NCBI GenBank assembly: GCA_964234715.1 | Contig: OZ174287.1 | Direction: 5' to 3' (one strand) | Origin: Podarcis melisellensis | Lineage: Eukaryota | Length of the DNA stretch: 64,000 nt | Shown here: positions 34,542 through 46,975 of the stretch, in pieces | Layout: every line of letters starts with the position of its first letter | How positions within the stretch are numbered: position 1 is the stretch's first letter | Position numbers and translations under genes: made by a program | Notes under the pieces: generated by a model | What the model was told of the DNA's origin: nothing | What the model saw: only the letters and a program-made list of their open reading frames with translations | Databases searched by the model: none

Positions 34542-35544
34542 CTCCCTTTAAATCTGACTGCTATAGAAGGTTGCTGCTGGGTGATTCTCTTTGGGCAGGA
34601 GCTATAGCAGAACAGGGCCTATTTTTCCTTTGTCCCCCTCTTCCAGCTAGCAGTGGCAGCAACAAGGGGACAGTTCCCTGCCTGCCTGCCTGCCTTCACT
34701 TCTGGTTTGCTTTTTTTCACTTACCCAGCCCATGGCCAAAATGTGGCCCAGACAAATCACAGAAGAACGAGCAGGGCAGGTCACACAGCTCTCCAGTAAT
34801 CATCCTGAATAACTGCAAGCTGGCTCACTGCCACTTCTGGTCACATTTGTAATCACTGAGCTGCTTCTGCTGCATCCTAATTGGCAGCAGTGGGTCTCCA
34901 GGCCATCTGGTGAAGAGGAGATCTCTGTCAGAAAGGTGTTCCTCTCTGGCCTAGCCTGAGTCTCTGTTTCCACCATATAGAGCCAACCACATCCCACCCT
35001 GCATGGACCTTATGGAGAAGGGCACGGGTGGGGGATTTACAATGTTCAGTCTCCCCTGCATGTTCCTGCAGGCACCATCACCACCACCACCCCTTGCTGC
35101 TTAGTTTGCCACCATGAAAAGTTCTACTCTTCTGTTCTTCTCTGGGATCATATTGTCACACAATCCGCTTGAGCAGTTCACTATGCAGGTACTGTGGAGA
35201 GGAAAAATATGGCGTCAATTGCTAGCTTCACTTTCTTGTCAAAATTAACACTCTTTTGCACAGCATATGAAGCTGATGGCTTCATCTTGTAACAGGTGAG
35301 ATGAGCCTGCAGCCCTCTAAATGCCTCCCATCAGCCTCAGCCAGTGTGGCCAATGGTCCATAAAGGATGATAGGCGTTGTAGTCTGGTGATACCTAGATG
35401 GCCTAAGGTTAGCCACCCTTCCCTTGGGGCCTCACTTTGCTGTTGATATTTGCTCAGCCTGGAAGCTTCTGATGAGAAGAACAGGCTTGTGATACAGTGT
35501 GGGTGGGAGCAAAATATTATGGTGCAAAGAGTTATACAGAGAGC

Positions 35545-35720
35545 TTCAGTCCTACAGACAATCATTATCACCCCCAGCAATTATCCCATTATTCATCTGG
35601 ACAAACCTCCAGGGCTTTCTGGAAGGCACAGAAATGAGCAACAAATTAAATAAAACTCTGCACCATTGGAAGCTGGGAGTAAAATCAAGAGGCTGGCAGG
35701 GCTCTGTCAGTTTCATCACT
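35545..35720 (+). promoter_or_regulatory. Conserved V2R upstream block, gene 4 copy
   Basis: GCAATTATCC (CAATTA 35578-35583), CCTCCAGGGCTTT (from 35606), CATTGGAAGCTGGGAGTA, GGCAGGGCTCTGTCA. Confidence 0.5.
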
Positions 35721-35900
35721 GGCATTTCATCACTGACATCACTGACAAGGCATTCATTTGCAACTTTCTGGATTCTGAAAGTAAGGCTGCAGAGTATCCT
35801 TTTAGGAGCTGAATATGCAGAGCCTGCTTAGCCTTTATACGTCAAGATTTTGCTTTTGAGAAGGCACAGGCTACAGTTGAAGAGAAGCCTTGCTGTTAGG

Positions 35901-38900
35901 ATGTTGTGGCTAATGGTGGTTCTCCTTCTTTGGCCAAGAAGGGCACAGAAAATAACAGCTGTGAAGTGCCCTGCAATTGATCCCTTCCCTATTCCACATG
36001 AGTGGTACCAGCCAGGTGGCCTCATCATCGGTGGAATGACTTCTCAGATCATTTACACTTCTGATGAACAATTATTCCAGGAACACCCATCTCAGAAGCT
36101 GTTTGATTTTTGGTGTGGATTTTCTTTGACCAGATATCTAATATCCATTTCCCCCATAATGACAGCTGCTTCTACTTTGCAAAGCTTGGATTGGGTTGGG
36201 GGGTTGGGGAGGAAAATAAGAGATTTAGGACAATATCCAGTGTTGGTCATATTAGGAGCAGACGCATTGAAAGGAATTGACTAAAGTAAGTTCAATCAAT
36301 TTATTTCAATGGGTAAAATAGTGGGTTATTAATGAACTTAAGCTATTCAGCCCCATTGAAAGCATAAGAAGAGTCTTCTTGATCAGGCCAATGGCCCATA
36401 TTGACCAGTGTTCAGTTCTCACAGCGACCAACCAAATGCCTATTGCAATCTTGCAAGCAGGACCTGAGTGCAACATCATTCCCCCATACTGCAGTTTCCA
36501 GGTATTCAGAAACAATACTAACAATGGAGCTAGAACACACCCATCATGTCTAGAACCCATTGATATCCTTATCCTCTATGAATTTGACTTATCCTCATTT
36601 AAAGCAAACTGCATTGCTTGTAATCACCACTCTTTTGGGGATTGAATGCCATAGTGTTGTGTCTAGAAGTACTTCATTCCAAGATTTATGGATGCCCCTG
36701 AGTTTTAGTGTTTAGTGAGTTTTCTCTATCCACTTTCTGAGCACCATGAATAATTTTATGTACTTTTTACTCGCCTTTCCTGCAAATTGAAAAAGTCAAA
36801 TGGTGCAACCTTTCCTCATAGGGGAGTTGCTTCATCCCCTTGATCATTCTGGCTGCCTGATTCTGATTTTCTCACAACTCTAAAGTCTTCTTTTTGAGGT
36901 GAGGTTACCAGAACTGTACACAGTGCTTTATTTATGGTGGCACTGTAAATTTGTATAATGGTATTGTGACGGCAGCAGCTGTATTTTCAATCCCTCAAGA
37001 TCTCATTCTTGGTCAGACATGAGTGTATATGTGACATTAAAATTCCACAATCCCTTTTTGTTTTGGCCACCCTGAGCAATCTTTTTTGGGGGGAGGGGGG
37101 AATAATTTTTATTTGATTTTACAAGTATAGAATTATAACAATACCAAATACATATCCATATATAGAGATTTCTCTGAATCTCCAGACTTCCCACACACAC
37201 CCCCTCCATGGCTCCTTCTTTCAACCTTTTCAACTGCATACTATTCCATAATACATGTTTTATATCTCTCCATATTATCCATGATAATTGTCACATTACA
37301 AGTGTTATTAAAATCCTGCTAATGTTTCCATCTGCTTACAGTGGTCTCTTAAATAAATTACAAATTTTCCCCATTCTTTATTGAAGTTTTTGTCTTCTTG
37401 GTTCCTAAGTTTTCCAGTCCGTTTTGCCATTCCGGCATACTCCAACAGCTTGATTTGCCATTACTCTTTGGTAGGGACTTTTATCTACTTTCATCCACCC
37501 TGAGATATCTAATACCCTTGGCAAACTTAACTGCTTCACTGCTCACCCCTAACTCCAGGTCATTTGTGAGCTAGTTTGAAAGCACAGGTCTCAATACTGA
37601 TCCTTAGAGGACTCCACTTTCTACATCCTCCCCACACACGTCAGAACTGTTGGCTCAATCTTACACTCTCCTTCCTGTATCTTAATCAATTCCTGGTCCA
37701 CAAAAGAACCTCTTTTGCTACCTCATGACTGCTAAGCTTTCTCAGGCATCTTTGGTGTAGTTGTTTCAATGGGTCTAGTCTGAGTAGGACAAACACTGGA
37801 TAAATCACTCTGAGTACAACTTGGTTGGAATTCAACCTTTCATCATCATCATCATCATCATTTATTTAAAGAAAGTACACCAAGTTTTCATGTATGATTT
37901 ACGCAATGCATGGTGCAGATGGTGGGCTGGATGTGCGTGCCACAATTCAAAATGGTCATAGGATGCTGAGACCATTGGACCATCTATCGTCTATACTGAC
38001 TGGGCTTCAGGCAGGAGCTTTTGGAAGACCTACCTGAATAAAAAAGGGACTGATCTTGGGAGTTTCTGCATGCAAGGTAGATGCTGTGCCACTTTGCTGC
38101 AGTTTCCATCACAACCGTAGAATCACAAAACAAGAAATGAGAGGGGGTGGGGAACTTAACAGTTACAATCTTATCACTGTAAATAGAAAGAGTCTTTCAA
38201 GATTCATAAACATGCAGTTGTTACTGTTGTTGTATTTTAAAAATAAATCCTCCTTGAAAACCAGTAGTACTTTTTTGTACCAATAGCTTAGAAACCTTTG
38301 CCTTTTATAACTAAGCAATGTTTTTAGCTGCCTCTGCATCTTTTATGACTGCTGTATAAAAATCGCATGAATCTGACATTTGAAGAGTTTTGTAAGCAGA
38401 ACTGTTTTATAACTTACGAAACAAGTGGTCTATCCCCAAGCCCTTTAACTTGGAAAAGGTGTCTAAAAGGGGACCTTTCAGGAAGGGCACATTTTAAAGG
38501 TTTTGAAGCCCATATTCCAATGTTTCCTTTTCTTTTCTTTTTTGCTGCATGTTTCGTGATCTAAAATATCTGCTTGAGTTCTCTCACCAAAGAGTACCTG
38601 CTCCAAACTTCAGTCTTGGTTTCCAGGTTCCAATATTATTTGAGAGAGGAGAGCAAAGTCACTATTGGTGGTGTCTTGGACACATGACTCATAGCTAATA
38701 TTAGATGGGCAACTTCCCTTTTGAACTTCTAGTGTTGTTGTTGTTTCAACAGGTGTTTGGGGTTACTTTCTTTCCTTTTTTTTTGCACCGTTAACTGATT
38801 TGATCCCTTTCATATAACTTTTATAATCTCATTGTTCATGGCTTAGAAAATACACATTTATGTTTTATATAAACTGTTGAAACTAATCAATGAATAAGAA

Positions 38901-41900
38901 ATCCACCGATTTATCTTTATTGGCAGTATGTTGACGAAGTTCTACCAGCACATCCTAGCCTTGGCATACAGCGTCTATGAGATCAACAGGAATCCCAGCT
39001 TCTTGACGAATGTCACGCTAGGATTCCACATCCATGACAGCTATTCCAATCGAAGGATGACCTACCGTACCACTCTGGACCTGCTCTTCAAATCACACAA
39101 ATTTGTCCCTAACTATAAATGTGACACCCAGAAAAACCTCATAGCTGTCATTGGGGGATATGATTCGGATACCTCTTCTCTTATGACTGGAATTATAGGT
39201 CTCTACAAGATTCCTCAGGTAGGATAATCACATGAGGGTGTGATGACATTCACCAAATGCACCCTTCTCTTAGAAGAAGTGGTTACTGTTGTTTTTAATT
39301 TGTATGTTACTTTATGATATAATAACGCAAATAAAAGCAAAAGCAAAACAGAGCCTACAATATTCATAAATATTCATAGATTAGGTTTTCATGAACTGCC
39401 CTTAAATATCTGTAAATAATTCACCCCTAATAATATATACAAAGAGGTCTTTCTTGTACAAATTATTGCTATTATTATTACTATCACTATTATTTCAAGC
39501 TATCAGTCACTCAATGCATCTTGCATCTCAAAGTTTTCCAGCTGCCGAAAGACGTGTAATGGAAGACTTTGGAGGATCTCATAAATGCAAAACAAATACA
39601 ATCCGTTATTCAATAAATAAATAAATAAATAAATAAATAAATTAGCTACCTTCCTTTATCCTTGCTGTGTTGTTCATTTTAACTGTATTTGTTAGCTTCC
39701 AGACCCTAAAAACTAAATGTTGTAGTCTGCGAGTATTTCATTCTACCCCCCTTCCCAAATTATGTTAGGCAAGCAGCTTTTAATAAATAATCATTTTATA
39801 TCTTTCATTAAAATGAAGTGTTTTGCATAAAAGAATGTTATAAATTAGTCTAGTCAATAGTCATAACTTACTATGATGTTAATTTCATCCATTGTTCCAG
39901 GAGTAGGTATAAGTTTCTAAATTTTGTGATGCTTCTAATAATAGTCCTACTCAGAGTAGGCCCACTAAAGTTAATATTCATGGCTGAATCAGTTCCATTA
40001 ATTTTAATGGGTCTACTCTGAATAAACTTAGTTGTATACAACCCTTAACATTATTCATTATTCTGGGAGTAAGTTAAGTGGGATATTACTGAGAAGGAAA
40101 CAACCAAACATTGCACTGCATGCCAGTGACTTAAGAAAATTCACCCCAAAGAGTTCTTGACTCTGAGTCTTTCCGAAGCTACAAAGTCTTTCATTTTATT
40201 TTTGTTTCACCACACATGGGTGGCTTCTAGCTTTTATCTAAGAAATGTGTACATTTCCTTATAGATCACTTATGGCTCAGTAGCCCTAGAGGGCAGACAG
40301 ATGACACAGTTGCAATCATATTATCGAATGGTTCCAAATGAAGCTCATCAATATATGGGAATTATCAACTTACTTAAGCACTTTGGATGGTCATGGGTTG
40401 GACTCTTTGCTGCAGATGATGACAGTGGAGAACATTTCTTGCAGACATTAGAACTATTGTTTTCCCAGCATGGAATCTGTTCAGCCTTCACTCAAAGACT
40501 CCCAGCCCAAAACAAGTGGAATGAAGTGGATGAAATTGTTGATCTATACTCAAGTATGCGTGCATTTTTCACAGATGATGGAACCAATACATGCATCATC
40601 AATGGACAGTCTTTGACAATGATATGGCTTAGAGCTTTTATAGCACTACAGTACCCTGGAAATATAGAGAAATCATCAGTTAGAAAGGTGTGGATTTTGA
40701 CATCTCAGATTGATTTCATAACAACAACCTTTCAGCGACCCTTGGATTTTCAGCTGTTCCAAGGTGCCATTTCCTTCACCATTCACTCAAAAGAGCTTCC
40801 ACAATTTGAGAAATTTCTTCAGAACATAAAACCTGGCTGGAACAAAGGAGATGGTTTTTTCAAGGATTTCTGGGAGCAAGCATTTGACTGTTCATTTCCA
40901 AATCCAAAGGTGACAGTGCAGGCTGATGGGACATGTAGTGGAGATGAGAGGCTAGATAGTCTTCCTAGGCCTCTGTTTGAAATGGACATGACTGGCCACA
41001 GCTATAATATCTACAATGCTGTCTATGCTGTTGCTCATGCTTTGCATGCCATTTACTCACGTAGATCTAAGCACAGAGGAATGGTAGGTAGCAGAAAATT
41101 TGATCTTCAGGATCTTCATCCCTGGCAGGTAATGTCTCTACAAATTAACAGCTTATTTAGTGTTAAGATGGTAAAGATGATACTAACAATAAAGGCAATG
41201 ATAATAATACTGGATTACAGCACAATTATTTGAATAAATCTTTGATGTTTTTGTTCTCTTTTGAAGACAATTCTGCAAGTAAATCTTTATATGTCTGGGC
41301 AATATTTAATTCCAAAGGAGTCAGTTTTCATGCATCCTATTGCTTCATGTTGTACAATATTACTGTATTTTTCGCTCTATAGGACACACTTTCCCCCCTC
41401 CAAAAATCAAGGGGAAATTATGGAGTGAATGCAGGCTCCTCGGCTTCAGCGATAGCAACGCGAAGCCTCCGAAGCACAGAGGGAGAGCTCCCCCCATGCT
41501 CCGGAGGCGTCGTGTTGCTTTCGCTGAAGCCGCCTGAAGCCCCCAGAGCACAGCGGGAATTCCTGCTGCGCTCCGGGGGCTTCAGGCAGCTATCCGCAAG
41601 CGTTTGGAGCGCAGCAGGAGTTCTTGCTGTACTCCAAAGGCTTGCAGATAGCTGCCTGAAGCCTGGAGAGTGAGAGGGGTCAGTGCACACCAATCCCTCT
41701 TGCTCTCCAGGCTTCGCTTCACTGGAGAGGTGCTGCACAGTTTTCCCTCTCTGTGCAGCACCCCTTCAGCAAAGCGGGAGGAGAAATGGAAGGGGCTCCA
41801 TTTCTCCTGCCGCTTCACTGAAGCGGCGCTGAGCAGAGAGGGGGAGAATTCCCCCCCCCCCGTTCTCCCCCTCCTATGGTCTGGTGTGTCCTATAGAGTG

Positions 41901-44751
41901 AAAAATACAATAATTACTGCAATATGACTACACTTCTAAGAGCCTTCCTTCTTTCCATTAGCTCCACCTGTTACTTCAGAGCACTTCATTCAACAACTCA
42001 GCTGGAGAAACTATTTCCTTTAATGGGAACAATGAAGTCAGAGGTGGGTTTGATATAATGAATATGATCACATTCCCAAACACATCTTTTCAGAGGGTCA
42101 AAGTTGGAAGAGTGGAGGATCTCAGTGCTCTTGGAGAAAATGGATTCTTTCTTAACGAAGATATAATTGTGTGGCACAGAGGTTTTAACCAGGTGGGGAT
42201 TTTGGTGTGTTCTTGGGTAGTGTTCTCTTATCTAGATTTCTACTGATGGGTTTCTACCAATTTCTACCGATGGATTTCTACCGATGGGTCAGTTCCACTA
42301 TTGAGTCATTGTCTAATCTTATGTGGGTCACAATGGCAGCACTACTATCATACAAAAATTTGATGAATATTAGGAAATGAATCTCCAGGAGCATGTTTGG
42401 GTTAAAGGTGGGCATTGGATCTGAAAAAGTTGAAGACTACTCTTCTAAGGTGCTAATCTGTGGTTCTGAAGGCTGTCCAGGTGCTCTAAAAGTAGCTGCA
42501 AGTGCTAAATACTTTTCATCCCATTTTGAAAGCTATATATGCAAGTCTAAGCATGTCTTGCATAAGTACCATAGAAATCTGCTAGAATCCCTGTACTATA
42601 TCCTGAATGTGTACAAGTAGGCACTTTCTGTTTCTTTGGAATATGGTAATTATTGAGACACCATCTAGTTGTAGATCAGTAGTTGAAAAATAAAAGTATA
42701 TATCGTGCAGACACAATTTGGCTTGGTGACGCGAGCAATTGTCAACGTTTGTCCTTAGGGTTAGTGGTTTTTGTCATTTCCCCCTGAAAATAGCACAACA
42801 ACCCTGGGCCATCTCCCCCCGATTTTCTTAAATTTTAGTCCCCCCCAAATAGGGGGTATTTTATACAAGAGGGTGTGTTATACACGGGGAAATATGGCAC
42901 ACGTATCTACATCTGTATATGTATATATTTATCACAGTGAATAACAATACAAAGATTTATTCTTAAATATTAATTGTTTCAGTTTCTGTCTTCCTCAGCT
43001 ACTATGGTGTGAATCATAGCACAGATGGATAGATAAATAGACAAAATGTGAAAGAACATTTATATCACCACAAATCTCCTTCCTGTCTGTCAATAGGTGC
43101 AGCCTCTTTCTTTGTGTAGTGAACACTGCTATCCTGGCCACCAGAAGAAAGAAAAGGAAGGGAATCTTTTTTGCTGTTATGACTGTGTTCCATGTCCCGA
43201 AGGGAGGATTTCGGAAGAGAATGGTAGGTGAAGTAGAAAACTCTCCCCACCCACCCCTGCCAATCCCCCAAACCTAATTTGGATTTTGTGCCTTGTGTTA
43301 AATCATCATAATGTGCATGTAAACACTTGGTCAACAAGTCATGTTGACATGAAATTTTACTCATGCAGTCAACTGGGTCTAAAGAATATCACAGGATGGT
43401 GCCTGGAAAATGGGTATTTTCTGTCATCACCCCAGAACCATGGAATGCCCTTTGGATTGCCATATGTTGCTTCAAACATCTTGTAAAGATATGCTCCCTG
43501 AGATTAATCAGAGAATTCAAAAGCGATCATGACATACACCTTTAAATATGAAATGTAATTAATTTCTTCCCCATCCCTATACTAAGCCTCCAAATTCTGG
43601 CAAATAAAGGGGAGGGTGGGTTATAATTTTTCTTGATTTTCCAATGGAGAAAAATATAAAATTTTAATGGGAGGTATTTAAACACAACCAGAATATACAC
43701 AGTAACTAAATGATGATAGCCATAAGATTAAACAAGAGGCTATTAAAACTCATTTTCATATGGCCACCCAATGAAACATATGTGTTTCAGGCAAAGGAAT
43801 CCTTCTCCAAACTAAAGATGGATTGACACTGAAACTGAACCTTTTTCAGATATGGTTGACTGCTTCAAATGCCCAGAAGATCAATATCCAAATAATGACA
43901 GAGATGGCTGTATTCCCAAATCTAGAAACTTTCTATCTTATGAAGAACCCTTGGGGATCAGTTTAACCTCAGTTGCCCTAGCCTTTTCCCTAATCACAGC
44001 TTTGGTACTAAGAACTTTTATTAAGCACAGCGATACCCCCATTGTCAAAGCCAACAACCGAGACCTCACTTACACTCTCCTCATCTCCCTCCTGCTCTGC
44101 TTCCTCTCTTCTTTGCTGTTCCTTGGACAACCTGGAAAAGTGACCTGCCTTCTCCGCCAACCAACTTTTGGCATCATCTTCTCAGTGGCTGTTTCTTGTG
44201 TGTTGGCCAAAACCATCACCGTGGTTCTTGTTTTCTTAGCCACAAAGCCAGGCTCCAGGTTGATGAAGTGGGTGGGCAAAGGATTGGGTCAAGCCATTGT
44301 CCTTTCATGTTCCCTTATTCAAGCAAGTATTTGTATTGGGTGGCTGGGAACCTCTCCCCCGTTCCCTGATTTAGACATGCACTCTGTAACAGAGGAAATC
44401 ATTGTACAATGTAATGAAGGGTCAGTTGTCATGTTTTATAGTGTCCTGAGCTATTTGGGCCTCTTGGCCATTGTCAGCTTCATTGTGGCATTTTTAGCCC
44501 GGAAATTGCCTGATAGTTTTAATGAGGCCAAATTCATTACCTTCAGCATGCTGGCATTTTGTTGTGTGTGGGTGTCCTTCGTTCCATCCTACCTAAGCAC
44601 AAGAGGAAAATACATGGTGGCTGTGGAGTTCTTCTCCATCTTGGCCTCCAGTGCTGGGTTACTGGGTTGCATCTTTTCCCCTAAATGCTACATCATTTTG
44701 CTCAGGCCTGAGCTGAACAACAGAGAGCAACTAATAAGGGCAAAGAATTAA
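35901..44751 (+). CDS. Vomeronasal type-2 receptor gene 4 (V2R, Vmn2r26-like), complete, 875 aa: exons 35901-36112, 38927-39218, 40265-41128, 41962-42192, 43097-43223, 43850-44751
   Basis: gt-ag introns and a 2628-nt open frame with all V2R motifs. The exon-1 donor (TG|gtgtgg) is inferred from alignment to paralogues. Confidence 0.88.
36360..37760 (-). mobile_element. Old CR1 (L3-like) LINE fragment in intron 1 of gene 4
   Basis: The 3' UTR starts at AGCATAAGAAGAG. Reverse-strand RT remnants include ..TGTGTACAGTTCTGGTAACCTCACCTCAAAAAGA.. and GGAGTCCTCTAAGGATCAGTATTGAGACCTGTG (a GVPQGSVLGP relic). Confidence 0.65.
37077..37494 (-). mobile_element. L1-clade 3' fragment nested in the CR1
   Basis: ORF2 end ([24 protein letters not shown]) plus 3' UTR. 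10-bp TSD CCACCCTGAG at 37067-37076 and 37495-37504. Confidence 0.75.
41363..41910. mobile_element. Tc1/mariner-type MITE (same family as 23928-24392) in intron 3 of gene 4
   Basis: TIRs CTGTATTTTTCGCTCTATAGGACACAC / GTGTGTCCTATAGAGTGAAAAATACAA with a TA TSD. Internal hairpin CTTCAGGCAGCTATC..GATAGCTGCCTGAAG. Confidence 0.85.
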
Positions 44752-45327
44752 ATAATCTGTTATTGTCAATTTATGTAGTATGTATAGGGTAGGAAGTTAA
44801 GTAATGATTATGGATATGTGTTTAAAATTATCTACAGGCCTCCTCATCAAGTTTCATTTGCTGTTCCATTTCCCCATCAGCCCACATTACCAATTGACAT
44901 TTTTAGTCAACTTCCTGTGATGGAGTATTGTAATTTACATAAGCTAATCAGTGCAGTGCTTTGTGCTACAGAGCTGCATTATTTCTCCCTTTATTTCTAT
45001 ATAGTACAGTGTTTCTAAGCTTTTGGGCTATGTGTGTTATTGGAAACTGCATCTACTATTCCCCACACTTTTAAAGAACTGTTTGTGTTTTATGCATACC
45101 TCAAAGGGTGAGGGGCTGTACACTTCTTGCTGATCTTTGCTCTCAGCTACATTATGGTTACCAGAAGGCCCCGTTTCCCGGGGACAGTACCCGGAGTTAC
45201 AAATCTGTCCACGGACATAATCTGTCCCTTGATTTCATTTAATGTCCCCAGATTTATATTTTAAGTGTTGTAGATTTATAGGGAATGAATGTTGAGTGAT
45301 TGGTTCTATGAACAAGACACATCATAT

Positions 45328-45815
45328 GGGGACTTCCGGTGAGGCAAAATGGTGGGCGCCATGGCAGCAAGCAGTTCCTGAAGCCAGCCAAAGCCAACTG
45401 TGCTACCATGCTAGCTCCGGGCTGCTAAGACTGCTGCTGCCACCTCCAGGGGGGAACCGGGGATGTCTGGCACATCAACTGGGGGAACCGCTGATCCCCT
45501 GCGTGACCCAAATTGAGCCGGGAGCGAGAGCCCCTGGCCACCTGGCCGCCTGCCCAGCGGTGCTCCGGGGCCAGGAAAAGCCTGGAGCCGACACAGGGAG
45601 AAGGAGGAGAAGAGAAGGAGAAGGAAGAGAGAGAAAGAGGAAGGAGAAAAAAGAGGGGACCACTGAGGAGGAGAGGTAGGAGAGTGCTGGGAGGGCAAGG
45701 ACACGTGGCCAAGCCCAGGTTCCAGCTGAGCCTACTCCACGGCAGCTAGCACTCCAGAAGAGCAGGCCAGGGCCCAGAGGAAGGCTGTACGACAGAGGAG
45801 ACCACAGAAGAGAAG
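45328..45815 (+). mobile_element. Probable GC-rich 5' UTR fragment of an L1-clade element
   Basis: Starts GGGGACTTCCGG..GGCGCCATGG and is GC/purine-rich. It resembles squamate L1 5' ends, from recall only. Confidence 0.4.
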
Positions 45816-45869
45816 ATATTACTTCTTAATTATTATTATTTTAAATAAATTTTCCTTTAATAACTTTTT

Positions 45870-46975
45870 TAAAAGATATTTATTAAAGTTTTCAATATTA
45901 ATACAATAAAAAAGTCCAACAGAAAAAATAACATAAATACAAAAATAAAAATACAAAAACAAAAATACTTAAAAACACTAAAAGTTTCAATAACTTATTT
46001 TTCATTAACTTATTTCCCAGACCTCCTCATACCTCCCTTTTTTGTATTCCAATTCAATTGTTAGTTCAGCAAATCCTTATCAATAAGTTTTAACCTGCTT
46101 CTAAACCTTTTTTTCCATATTCTCTTAAAACATTACAGCTGGAAACCACTTAATTTCTATCTAATATCATTCTAACATTCATTAATTTTACAATGTTTCT
46201 GTAAATAGTCTTTGAATTTCTTCCAGTCTTCTTCCGCTGACTCTTCTCCCTGGTCTCGGATTCTGCTGGTCATTTCTGCCAGTCCCATATGGTCATCTGG
46301 CATTCTTCCAGAGTGGGTAGATCCTGTGTCTTCCAGTACTTCACAATGAGTATTCTTGCTGCTGTTGTAGCATACATAAAGAAAGTTTTATCCTTCTTTG
46401 ACACCAATTGGCCGACCATGCCCAGGAGAAAGGCCTCTGGTTTCTTCAGGAAGGTATATTTAAATACCTTTTTCATTTCATTATATATCATTTCCCAGAA
46501 AGCCTTAATCCTTGGGCACCTCCACCAAAGGTGAAAGAATGTACCTTCATTTTCTTTACATTTCCAACATTTATTATCGGGAAAATGATAAATTTTTGCA
46601 AGCTTGACTGGGGTCATGTATCACCTGTAAATCATTTTCATAATATTCTCTCTTAAGGCATTACATGCCGTAAACATCATACCTGTGGTCCATAACTGTT
46701 CCCAGTCAGCAAACATTATGTTATGTCCAACATCTTGTGCCCATTTAATCATAGCAGATTTCACCGTTTCGTCCTGAGTGTTCCATTTCAACAGCAAGTT
46801 GTACATCTTTGACAAAATCTTAGTTTTAGGTTCTAACAGCTCTGTTTCTAATTTTGATTTTTCCACCTGGAAGCCAATTTTCTTGTCGTTACAGGAGCCA
46901 GAATCTAGTACTAAAAGGGTTTTGGAACTAATTCAAGAGTTTGGTCAAGTAGCAGGATTCAAACTGAACAAGTTT
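45870..46975 (-). mobile_element. Young L1-clade insertion with a 5' inversion
   Basis: Minus-strand ORF2 C-terminus (KCWKCKENEGTFFHLWWRC) plus 3' UTR. Segment ~46888-46975 is in the opposite orientation (LQEPESSTKRVLELIQEFGQVAGFKLNK). 15-bp TSD CTTTAATAACTTTTT at 45855-45869 and 46976-46990. Confidence 0.85.
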
